From Macrostomum lignano (Eukaryota), in NCBI GenBank assembly GCA_002269645.1, contig NIVC01001638.1, forward strand, positions 124,001 to 188,000: 64,000 nt of DNA, written 5' to 3'. Below the pieces are notes generated by a model. The model did not search any database, was not told where the DNA came from, and saw only the letters and a program-made list of their open reading frames with translations. Positions 39,224 through 50,151 of this stretch are shown here, in pieces (position 1 is the stretch's first letter; each line of letters opens with the position of its first letter). Position numbers and translations under genes: made by a program.

Positions 39224-39924
39224 ATTCGTAGTGAGTGAGAGTGTTAAGACAAGACTAGAAAATTTTCCGGACTGCTGTCGGTAGGATCTTATATTCAGCA
39301 AAATTACTCATAGGAACGACTGAGATCTCATGTGGTGGATTAGAAAGGGTCAGAGTTGGTTGAGAGGAAGGGGTGGATCAAGTTTGGAGCCGCCAACGTA
39401 AAGGGAGCGAGAAGGGGGGTTCGTTCTACCCAGTCAGCAGGGGTTTTCGCGTTGGCGGCAGCTGAAATATCGCAACACAGCACAACTATTGCCCCCCCCC
39501 CCAGCGTCACTTCAACGAGTTGGGGGGGGGGTGACTCATTTTGAGTGCCTGGAATTTCAACTTATTGTGCCGCTAGCTACGGTACCTACCATGCAGATCC
39601 CATGGGATTATTTCCACTTCAGTGAGTCATCGCAAGCCTCGGGGAGTGGAGGATGCGTTTTGCCACGTAAACTAGACTATGTCGACTTATCCACGTTGCA
39701 TTATTAGAACAATGGAGCAGCTGAGCTCACACGTGGGGTGGAGCGACCCGAAGCTAACATAGCAACTATAGGGATTATTCAAGCCCAACCCTCAGAAACT
39801 GCCACGTGGCACAAAAAGCCAGATGGCGCCCCTCCCCACCAAATCCTGCTCTAAAAAAGAAAGTAGAAAAATTCGCTCAAACTGCCAACGAGCCAAGGAC
39901 AACAGGAAGCAAGAAATGTTGAAA

Positions 39925-40682
39925 ATTGTACAAGTGTACAAACTTACCACATCCCGATAGCGCAGCTCCACAGTCTCGGTGGCCTCGGCGTGCGGAACAA
40001 AAGCCTCGGTGCGGCCGCCAAACAGGGCTTCCTCCAGACGAATAGGATGCTGGACTTGCGCTCCCTCGTCCTGATAGTCATGCTCCTACATGACACGTAC
40101 ATTGTAGGCAGTGGAGAGCAGGCGAGTGAAGCGCTCAGTCTCCTCATAAATTGCCCGCATTGGCTGGTTCTTGAGCGGGTGCAGCACATCGCCGTTGGGG
40201 AAGCACTTGGGACAGCCATGGTAGAAGCAGCCGTGAAATTGGAGCACCGTCCTAGTCTCTGGGTCGAAGCCATCCACCTTTCGGCCCATGGCGAAAGCCT
40301 CGCCGCCAGAGTCGGCTGTCCGAAACCGGCCGTCAAACTCGGTTGCATTCAAGTGTGCAAGCCAGCACCGCGCCTTGTGCGACTGCACATCTGACCGGCG
40401 AGAAATCACCCCAAGAGTGTTGGGCACCATAAACTTGGTGGTGAATACTGTCATAGATTGTACAAATGCGTCCAGTCCGCAAATGTCCTTAATCAGGCGG
40501 CCGTACTTAAGACAGCCTTCCCGCAATATTAGCGTGTCCTGCAGGCAGTCGTCAAGTATTCCTTGTTAAAATAAAACACTTGGCCCTCCTGCTTTGCCAG
40601 CCAGTCAGCGATGGAGTCGTGTTGCTTATTCTTTTTCCCGCCATACATTTCAATTGAGCAGTAAGGCCCCATGTAGCCCCAG
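39925..40682 (-). pseudogene. Polinton/Maverick protein-primed DNA polymerase B fragment, including the inserted Vsr-like nuclease region
   Basis: GYMGPY...FYFNKEY, ILREGCLKYG...GLDAF, KVDGFDPETRTVLQFHGCFYHGCPKC, LEEALFGGRTEAF, YRDVVSLY (PolB motif A). Confidence 0.88.
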
Positions 40683-41640
40683 TTAAAAATCTCACAGGAG
40701 GCGCGCGAACCGAAAGGCAGCCTGGTGTCGAACATCGTAGTTTCGCAGTCCTGGCTTAGAAAGCGCCACTTTAAACCAGTAAGACAATGGTCATCAGGAC
40801 TGATGGCGACGGACCTGTAGGCATCTTTAAAATCCACTTTGGCCATAAAGGAACCGGGCTTTAAATGCTTTTTGAATTCTCGAACAGAGCCAAAACGGAT
40901 GCCTTTTTCCTGCTGATAGTAGTCCTTAACAGAGTCGCGGAGCGGAGCAGATGGATCGTGAATGAGGCGAACTTTCCCGTTGGCTTTAGGCAAGGCACCA
41001 ATGGGTTCACTTTCACAGGCTCCTGAGTAACGGTGTAGCGGCCGAGCCGAAGCTCATCCAGAAGCTGAGCTTCCACCTTGGCGGCATTCTGGCTAGCGGA
41101 TGCGTAATTATCTCTCAGAGTAGTAATATTAGGTTGCTTATTATTAACCAGACGAAAGCCGTGAACAATACCATTCATCAAATACTGCTTGTCGGGGTCG
41201 TTATGCAACAGTTTTTCCCAAGCAGAAGCCTTAAAGTCGCCAGCAGAGGAGTTAAAATTTGGTTGACGCGGAGGATTAAAAGCACTATAAAATTCACTCA
41301 GTTTTTTGTCTCCTGCATTGGCGGCGAGTCATCAGGACCGCGCTGGAGTAGTTGAGCAGGATGCTGGTGTTAATGGGCAAGATGCTGCCGTCCACAGCCC
41401 TTCACTTTGCAGATGTGGCGGTAAGAGCAGGAGTCTCTCTGGCAACCAGCAATGGCGTTGTAGCTGAGGCACACGGGCCGCGGGCATGCAGGCTGGTCTC
41501 TGCTTTGGGGTAGGCGTACACTGGTTGGTGCATGCAAATGCTTGTGATAAAGCTGAGGTGGCTCGCACCCCCACTGGCTCCCTGTGGAATCGTGCATGAG
41601 CTAGCGGAGGTAGCTGCATGAGGTAGCGGATGCAATTGTT
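40683..41640 (-). mobile_element. DIRS/Ngaro-like tyrosine-recombinase retrotransposon fragment (gag C-terminal Cys/His motif plus RT N-half)
   Basis: WEKLLHNDPDKQYLMNGIVHGFRL, GKVRLIHD, FMAKVDFKDAYRSV, TRLPFGSRASCEIF; upstream CSYRHICKVKGCGRQH. Confidence 0.85.
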
Positions 41641-41644
41641 ATAG

Positions 41645-42084
41645 GAGTTGATTTACCATCGTGCAAATTCACATTGACATTGGCGGCTGGATATCAAGTA
41701 GATTTTACGAGTACAATTGCAAATTCACTTAGAACCATATTAGGATTTAATTCCCGAATTGTTACCGCATCAAGCACGGGTGATACCGTAGGAAACATTG
41801 AGGGTGGAGTTAATCCAATAAAAAATACAACTGATATCTCAAACGGCGGTTATATAACAGACGACAGCGGGTTTTTGGTTCAACGCGGAATTATATATTC
41901 GATTCCATTTCTAGCAGTACCGATTGGAGATAAAATGATAGTTGCACCTTAAACCCCAATATATTACTTATTAAATCAATATAATATTCAATCAATTTTT
42001 ATTCGTGTTGTGGATGATTCTGATAGATTAATTAGTTTTGGTGGACAAGATATAACATTAATTTTAAGAATAAAACAAGTTTAA
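41645..42084 (+). pseudogene. Polinton/adintovirus-like minor capsid (penton) protein, C-terminal part, one internal TAA
   Basis: SLRTILGF...IIYSIPFLAVPIGDKMIVAP*TPIYYLL...IFIRVVDDSDRLISFGGQDITLILRIKQV* matches the typical Polinton mCP C-terminus. Confidence 0.75.
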
Positions 42085-42096
42085 TCCATATCAAAA

Positions 42097-42273
42097 ATGG
42101 GTAACAATCAGTTAAAAAAACAAACGGATAAAGCTCAAAAAGCAAAAAACACATATGAAACTGAATTAACGAAATTAAGACAACTTCAAGCAGAAAAAAC
42201 GAAAAAGGAACTATTAAAACCACCAACGAATAAACAAACAAAATCAAAAAAGTTTTTCAATAACTTAAAATAA
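42097..42273 (+). CDS. 58-aa basic ORF between penton and protease
   Basis: MGNNQLKKQTDKAQKAKNTYETELTKLRQLQ...; open frame, tightly packed between the two flanking viral genes. Confidence 0.45.
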   Translation: MGNNQLKKQTDKAQKAKNTYETELTKLRQLQAEKTKKELLKPPTNKQTKSKKFFNNLK

Positions 42274-42275
42274 CT

Positions 42276-42692
42276 TTGAGTTGGGATGCATTTAAACAAA
42301 GATATGGAGTTGACACAACTAATAATATTGAGTTAACAAAGTGGGCGCGGCAATTAAAAATAAAACCATTCAGATGTGTTATGCGCGATGAAATAAAAGA
42401 TTTACCAAAATATGGGTCTTTCATTGTCAATATTGAAACGACTAAAGAAAACGGTGTACACTGGTCAGCAGTTTATTCAAAACCAAAAGTTGTTTACTTT
42501 TTTTATTCTTATGCATTACCTCCATTGCAGGAAATGGAAGACAAATTTAATCATACAAAAAATCGTTTATGTGGAGATCATCATGAACAATTTCAAACCT
42601 TTGATAAAAGTTATTGTGAACAGGCGGCGTTGTATTTTTTATATCGAAATAATAATTCTAACCAATCGCCCGAAGATTTAAAAATATTTTAG
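42276..42692 (+). CDS. Adenain-like (C5) cysteine protease of Polinton/adintovirus type
   Basis: FIVNIETTKENGVHW, YFFYSYALPP (canonical D replaced), QFQTFDKSYC: catalytic His, oxyanion Gln and Cys in the expected spacing. Confidence 0.8.
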   Translation: MSWDAFKQRYGVDTTNNIELTKWARQLKIKPFRCVMRDEIKDLPKYGSFIVNIETTKENGVHWSAVYSKPKVVYFFYSYALPPLQEMEDKFNHTKNRLCGDHHEQFQTFDKSYCEQAALYFLYRNNNSNQSPEDLKIF

Positions 42693-42713
42693 ACTCTATA
42701 AAATAGACTAAAA

Positions 42714-43350
42714 ATGTTATTTTCTGGAACACCCTCATGAAACGGAACAGCACGAACCGGCGGTGGAGAATCAACCGGCGTTTATGTTTCATTTGCAGAT
42801 GGCAGATATATAAATGAAGATGTAGGTTATAAAAAAGTGAAATAGATACTAAATTAAATTTAAAACGGAATGTTGCAGATTCGTATACCAAAACTGAAAT
42901 AGATAATTCAATAAACTTAAAACGTAATACAGCAGATTCCTATACCAAAACAGAAATTGATAATTCCTTAAATTTAAAACGGAATGTTTTTGATTCATAT
43001 ACCAAAACAGAAATTGATGATTTATTAAATTTAAAACGCAATATATTAGATTCTCATAGTCAAGCTGAAGTTGATTCTGCAGTTAATGCAAAAAGAGAAA
43101 TAAGCGATTCCTATTCTCGAACCGATTCTGATTCGCGTTATGTTCAAACCACAGCAACTGGAACCTTGGATATGAGTAACAATAGAATTATAAATGTTGC
43201 AATTACAACGAATAACTCAGTAGTTGATAAAAACTTCAATGCAAAAAAAGTCAATGCACGAGCTAATGTAACTGATGATGATATTTTTGACACGCCACTT
43301 ACATCAAATACATCAAATCCTGATTTTATTCTTACAGCTTCTAAAAAAAA
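42714..43350 (+). pseudogene. Fibre/spike-like protein with 19-aa DSYTKTEID repeats, truncated
   Basis: Four to five 57-bp repeats DSYTKTEIDNSLNLKRNxA followed by GTLDMSNNRIINVA; stop and frameshift near the start. Confidence 0.6.
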
Positions 43351-43379
43351 CAATGACGCAATTAAGTGCCCCTGCTCAA

Positions 43380-43790
43380 ACTGCATCAGGGCCTTCGCAG
43401 TTGACAGATTCTCGATAGAATAGGTCAGCTTCTTAAACCTCGTATCCAAGTCTACCTTTGTCGTTCCATTCAAATTCATGGCGATCAAGTTGAGACCTTC
43501 GGAAATTGCACCCAGAGACAACTTTACACCGCGACTCTCATTCTCTTCCAGCTTCGCGTATATCCTTGCAATAACTCTCTCTCGCTCGCTCTCTTCCATT
43601 TTCTTGGGAAGCGCCCTCTTCTTATCCGGAATCAATTCAAGCTCTTCCAAGCTCGCCTGGAACCTTACCAACTCTTCTTTCCAGCTGCTCAGTCTGCTTC
43701 TCATTGCCGACCTTTCTTTAGATGACAGCGAGACCGCCAGTTCGGCAATCGTTGCAATTCTTGTCTCTTTTGAAGAAGAAACTAGAAAAT
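43380..43790 (-). pseudogene. Coiled-coil-rich orphan ORF fragment abutting the fibre-like gene
   Basis: Part of ORF 43144..43704; abrupt composition change near 43355 marks a junction. Confidence 0.35.
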
Positions 43791-44384
43791 GAAGAGCCAG
43801 ATTCTCAAGGCAGCAAAGATTTAAATAAACACATTCCAGAATCTTCTTGAAGTGGGTTGCAAATGTATGCTATAGCAGCTTGGAGGGGGTTGATAAATGG
43901 CTGTTCGCAGCTAATCTAAACCTTTAATTCTTTGCATGATGCTGAAGGCTTTTTGAGTGAGTCATAGAGTATAGAAGACAGAGGGTGATGGACATATAGA
44001 AAGTAAAGTGATATGAAAGAAGCCATGATTCTTAGTCATCGTGACAACAATGATGTCTACAATTCGAATACATTCTGTCGCACAGGGTAAAAGAGATTTT
44101 TTTTGAAATTCAGAAGAAATTCTATTGTGCAAAAATCTGCATCAGAAGTTTATTAATGTTTTAGCTTTTCATTGTTAACGAATAAATTGTAACTTCTGTT
44201 GGGGTTACTATCGTTAAATTGGTTGACACTTTCATATTGTTTATTCTTGAAAATAGATTATATTAACCCCCTAAACCACACATTTCTCATGGTTTTACTC
44301 ACGAACTCTCGAAAATTGCACTTTTTATAATATTTGAAAATCACAAAAAATCACTGTTTTCAGACCATTTTTACGTGTTTTTAG

Positions 44385-44695
44385 TCAATTTCACATATCT
44401 TTAGTGATTTTTAAATGAGTGAGGGCATGAAAGCGAGGGAACGCTTCTTTTTTGAAAGTATAAATATTCTGAAAAAATCTGTGTTTCGCATGCCCTCACC
44501 CTCAACACCCTCAATATATATGTATATAAATATACATATATATACGAAATATGTCGTATATATATAGCTCGTATGGATACAATATCTGTGAAAAAAATCT
44601 GTGTTTCGAATTCCCTCACCCTTAACACCCTCACAATATATATATATATATATATTGTATTGTATGTATATATTGTATATATTGTATGTATATTG

Positions 44696-44734
<39 letters not shown>

Positions 44735-44865
44735 TGTGAGGGTGTTGAGGGTGAGAGCATGCGAAACACAGATTTTTTCAGAATTTTTATACTTTCAAAA
44801 AAGAAGCGTTCCCTCGCTTTCATGCCCTCACTCATTTAAAAATCACTAAAGATATGTGAAATTGA
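44385..44865. repeat. Long palindrome: ~130-bp near-perfect inverted arms around a loop with (TA)n tracts and a third partial arm copy
   Basis: Arm 44385-~44515 is the reverse complement of ~44733-44865. Confidence 0.92.
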
Positions 44866-46879
44866 GTTGCAGTACAATACAGTTGCAATATATATTTTTA
44901 TTGTATTTATATTGTATTATATTTATTGTATTTATATTATATTATTATATTTATATTGTTGCTTATATTTATATATTTATATATTATTTATATATTTATA
45001 TTCACATGTTGTGTATATTCACAACAATATATACAGTATATATTCACACACACAATATTTATCCCCCCACCCACTTGCAACTGCGACTTCCTGGTAGTAG
45101 TAGCATGATGTAAGGGGATGAGTCATCTGCGAATGGAGCGAACTGCGCCCGAGCGATCAATGTGGCTCCTCCCCTTACATCATGTACTACTCTTCTCTTC
45201 TTTCCTAGCCTTTTCCATGTGACGTGGTTTAGGTTTTGTTTGCTCGTATGGGCAGTGTTGATATTGGCGTGAGTCTCAACGCTGCCACCAGTATTGTGCT
45301 TTTTGGTTTGGCTCTCACTACTGTGGCGGGTTTTTGACAGGTACTGCTGATGCCTGAAGCAACCTTACCTAGCACGTGTATGGGGACTGAGACTGGGGAA
45401 AAGTCTAAAATTAAGGGTAGTGCTGCCACCTGCCTAGGTACCGTAGGATCCGCAATGAAGGGGTTTGTTTGGGTTCCACGCAAATAAATAACGCTATAAA
45501 AACTAGTCTCAGAGATTTCAATGTCAAGATAACAGGAGTCAATGGTACCAAATGGCCTAAGCGGCGCAGTCCTGGCACTGACTGAAATTGTCAGTGCTTG
45601 AGCGTGTCTGAGTTTTGCTCTCAGAGGACTCCTAACTCCTGATAACCTTGATGCTAACTAGTCTCACGCAGATGGGTGGCGAGGATAGGTCTATGCGCCT
45701 GAAGCAGCATATAGCGGATGTTTTTGTTGTTTATCCACTACCTTCTGTCTACGACAGCAAAGGATGGATAGAACACAATACACTGATTTTAATTGCCTAG
45801 CTACATTTTTCCGTAGCCACGAGCCTACGGCCGAGCTCAGGCCCGTAGTGGAATCGCGCACGTGTGCTGCGACGGCACAATCACTCTCACTCTTGAAGCT
45901 CGAAGTTCGAAGAATGATAATTACTATTTGGCACGCGTATGAATAGAGTATGAATTGGTTACGAGATTGAGCATAGTTTAAAACAATAGATTGCCCTGAA
46001 GGGTGTTGAGATTGCTATACCCTGAAAAATAATGGCTACAACGCCTAATTTGAGACCTAAGTGGCCTGTCACGGCGACAATAAGTAAAGTAACAAGAGAA
46101 ATGCATAGAGGAAAAATTAGATTGAATAAAAGAAAAGGTTAATGCGTTCCTGAAATTGTAATAGTTGTTAAATTGCACCGTCAGTTAAATTGCCTTCAAA
46201 GTTCTATTCCCGCAGCTCGGCTTTAAGCAAAGGTGGCAGGCCCTGGTAACCTTGCTCGGCGGCAATTCTGTGGGCCACTGATCCGGCCGTCTGCCGGTTG
46301 AACAGTCCGCCCGATAGCTTTTCAGCGGCCAGGCTGGTGGCTCATTCAAAGAGGCTGACCCGATACAGCCGGTCCTCAGCCCGGAGCTGCGCCGACAGGT
46401 CCGGTGGCAACCCCTCGAAGATATTCCCGCGCACGCCGGCCAATAGATGATGTCGGCGATTTCAATCGCCTGCCGCTCTCTTATCCACGCGGCTAAATCC
46501 TCCATCGAGGAGGCGCGACTAATCGGCCACGACGGCGGCGCCTTTGCCCTAGCCTCTGGGCAAGGTCCTGGCGGCCTGACGTTACGAGCATGTAACGGGG
46601 TGACCGTAGCCACCTGGGCAGCAGCGCGGCGCAGCTTAATAAAGAGCTGCTTGCCCGCCGGGCCGCAAAATCGCCCTCCTCTTCTACCACGTTTTCGCGA
46701 GTTTGGTGGGTGCCCTACGGGGTCGCTCCATCCTTTGAACTGCGCGCCTGTTTTGCCGCGCTGGCTCCTATCAGGCGCAAGCCCCCGGCTTGCTGCACCA
46801 CTGCATCGCCGCTATCAGATGGCACCAGCCGGTTAAGGCGTAGCGGCGAGGCAACAGTCCATCGGTGAGTCTGGAGCTC

Positions 46880-47835
46880 CATCGATAGTAAGTCTGTCCT
46901 CTCGATCAGCGGAGCTGGTACTGGTGCTATTCCACGCCTTTTTACATGACTCAGAATCGAACTTTTCATAGTTTACTTTTCAGTGAATACTTTGTACATT
47001 TCATCACCACTGTCTATGTCGCGGAGTATGAGTGCTACCTTGTACCAAGAATCATAGTCTTGGTCTTGGTTTTTGTGTGCATTATATTTAACAACTTTGA
47101 AACTCCTTCACAAGTGGGTGGTGGAACGTCGCTTTTTAGTGCCTTTTTATCGGATTCTTGGTTTTCCGTTTTATCCTGTGGCTTAATTAATCTATTTATC
47201 TCATCAAGAATTACATCTGGCATGTCTATTAAGCCTTCGGGCTTTATATGTTTGTATTCCTTAATTTCACCATTCACATAATAGAAACCTGGTGGAGCAA
47301 ATACTAAAGCCGGAATATCAAAACCCACTCTTTGTTGAATCGTTACTTTTAATGTATCTACCTTGTTAAAGTAAAAGTGGTGACCCTTGTTTGTCTGAAC
47401 AATCCAATCACAATGAGTCATACACAGTTCATTCAACTCAGGGCATAGGTCAGCATCATCAATATCGATTACGGTTATATTCGAATTTCGAGTATCTATC
47501 CAAATCATGTTGTCTACCTCTGGTCGAAATGGTGGGGAGGTTGAATTCCTATCTGCTTTTGTTGGCATTCCTGACGGTATTTTTTTCTTTGTTTTACTAT
47601 TCCATGTTATACTGCAACTTCCGAATCTAAAATTAAGTTCTCCATAGAGATTAATTAGTTTATCGTACAATTTTGTTTGTTTTAAATTTCTTAACCTTGG
47701 TGGTGGGGCATCATGATTTTGAAGAGGATCCTGTACGATCACAGGAGAGAAACTTAAATCGTTTTGATTTTTTCCTTCCATTTTATTAAAAATAAATTTA
47801 ACAATATAATTCATCAGTTGCAATGTACTTCTCAA
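46880..47835 (-). pseudogene. Bifunctional primase-polymerase (Prim-Pol) domain plus PriCT-2 domain; helicase portion missing
   Basis: ITVIDIDD and QTNKGHHFYF (AEP motifs), VFAPPG; after a frameshift DYDSWYKVALILRD...KKAWNS...DRLTI (PriCT-2-like). Confidence 0.72.
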
Positions 47836-48299
47836 GGGTTATGGGGAGTTTGAAAATGTTCAATTTCAGCATGACGAAAAATTCATCATTCCTTATGTGC
47901 TGTCTCGAAATCAATGCCCATTTATCAACATGTGCAAGATATACTCTGAATGAATACAAATATGGGGGCATTTAAAATCGGTGTGTTTTAATATTTCTGC
48001 TTTATATTCATCGTAAGCTTATCAATTTCTTCAATTCGTCGAGCCTTTCGAGTGGTGTTTTTATTTGAGAAAATGATTTAATAGAATCATAGCACTTTTG
48101 TGATAGAGCATTTCGTACATTTGGGCTATTAGCTTCCATTTTTTCTAGGAAAATTTAAGTCACAATCTGATTCAAGTGGAAGTGAGCCCGTTACCAACAA
48201 CAGACCTCATGCTGAGAATATGTAAATGCAGACTTATCGAATCGGCTGTAGTGTGTTTGCAAATTTCTGAATATAGTGGACTTACCCCCAGATTGTTAC

Positions 48300-48560
48300 T
48301 TTTAGTAGTTGACTGAGCCTTCTCTTCCTCCTTTGGTGTTGCTTTAAGCCCTTTACGCTTGTATAACTTTCAACATCTCTAGGGGTTCGTTGTAGCCTTT
48401 CAGCTTTTTTAGTTCTTCGGCTGCTTTTGCTGCGTCAATTTCTCCTTTCACAGCGGTAGCTATAGAACCTGCTGCTGCTCCTGCTTGTGCAATTAGAGGT
48501 TAGTTGTCTTTTACTAAGTTTCCTACTTGCCTAGCAAAGATGCAAAACCCTCTCCTCGTG
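48300..48560 (-). pseudogene. Possible Polinton-type core/virion protein fragment
   Basis: RGFCIFARQVGNLVKDN*PLIAQAGAAAGSIATAVKGEIDAAKAAEELKKL: amphipathic Ala/Gly-rich pattern; contains stops. Confidence 0.3.
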
Positions 48561-49173
48561 TATTTTCGTCTCTATACCCAAGTCTGCCATATTGTTCTTT
48601 TGTTATATTCATTTTCAGCTTCTATTTTTAGGGGGTAGAAAAATTCGTGCACGCGAGCCCAGTAGTGGTCAATGAGTAAGACAGGAATGCAAAAGACTCT
48701 TAAGACACAAAAGAGGGCTGACTCAGCCTGAGCGGATCTGGTGGAGCACGCTGGGCGCCGTTTATTCAAATAGATGGTGTGCATTTTACTCTATCAAGTA
48801 AAATTAGTCAGACACTAGCACAATGTTCTGCTTTATTTTAAAAAGATGCGTTCTTGGATATAATTCAAAGCGATTCAGTCACTATAATGAATCTTGATGA
48901 AAAATTATGAATCCTGATTCATTGGCTCCTCTATACCTCCTGTTCGTCTTGGTCGCGGGAATTCTCGAATGTGGTGGTTCCTGCTGTGGCGGCGGCGGCG
49001 GAGCGTATGGAGTGTAGTGTGCGTACGCACAGTATGGTACGCCCGGGCAGTCTGATTGGCTGCGGAGTGGGGTGGGTGCCGCCACCCCAATTCTAACTCC
49101 ATAATATATAGACGCGTGCCCAGCGCGGCGAGATTTGTAAGAGTTTGGCTACACAGCAAACACGGCCTCTGAC

Positions 49174-49491
49174 TCAGTTACTACATGGAGGTGGTGGTTT
49201 AATTGGAATTAAAGCAGCGGCATTACCAAGTATTTGCTCCTGCTGTAGCTGATTATGAACACTATCAATAGAGCGCTCTTTTCGTATGAGCTTTTGAGCC
49301 AGCTTCAGCAGTGCTATATCCGCGTTGATCTCGTTGAAATTATCTCGACATCGTTGAAGAAATTGTTCGGTCGTCATTGTGAAGACAAAATGTGTCTTTG
49401 AATACTGATCCATATAAACGGCTAGAAATGTGTTGGCTTCAACTCTGTATGAGGGATGTTGCGCGCGAAGAGTTGGTCTCCCGGCGGCCAT
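49174..49491 (-). CDS. 105-aa orphan ORF
   Basis: Open ATG-to-stop frame with TATATAAG about 30 nt upstream of the ATG; no motif recognised. Confidence 0.35.
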   Translation of the reverse strand: MAAGRPTLRAQHPSYRVEANTFLAVYMDQYSKTHFVFTMTTEQFLQRCRDNFNEINADIALLKLAQKLIRKERSIDSVHNQLQQEQILGNAAALIPIKPPPPCSN

Positions 49492-50151
49492 TTCGTTTTT
49501 TCTTAGATGACAGCCTTATATAATAACTTATTTATGTATGGTGATAAAACCATCTTTGCGCCAAAACTTATATATGCAAACGCGCACCAATCCACACTCA
49601 TTCCGTTTTCACAAGTAATTTTTATTGGTTGGCAAAATATTGTCACTGGCAAAAATTTCATTCTGGCAAAAATTATAATTCTGCCAGTGTTTCTAAGAAT
49701 AGACTTCCTAAAACCTGCTCAATCCTGTATAATCAAGGATTGTGTTAGATTTTTTTTCATTGTGGCACTGAATGCGAGTGCTCGGGGTTGGTCAATCTGG
49801 CTATTTTGTATGGTAGATTACTACTGCCAGTGAAAAAAATATCATGCAACATACTAGGGGTGAAAATGAATAATTCTAACACCCACAGGTTTAGAGAAGT
49901 GTGACTTACTGCGGAAGCTTTGGATTGTGCACTTATACGCAGTTAACTAGTTTTCGCTTGCCCATTGAAGGGTTTAGAAAGAAATAATGGTTTACTGAAG
50001 GCCATTATATATATATATTAATTTACTAATTTACTATCGTTAAATTGGATGACACTTTCATATTTTATATACCTAAAATTGCATTGAATTGACCCGTGAA
50101 TCCAACTTTTCTCATGGTTTTACTCTCGAAATCGTAAAAATTGCACTTTTT

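Noticed and set aside
44401-45113. Ile/Tyr-rich ORFs
   Set aside because: Artefacts of (TA)n tracts and the palindrome.
45090-45130. AGTAGTAG as a Polinton terminus
   Set aside because: No matching inverted terminus or 6-bp TSD in the window; the trinucleotide run is too short to be informative.
46715-46969. ORF MKSSILSHVKRR... as a separate gene
   Set aside because: Its first half is an off-frame reading of the PriCT-2 region; the rest crosses a junction.
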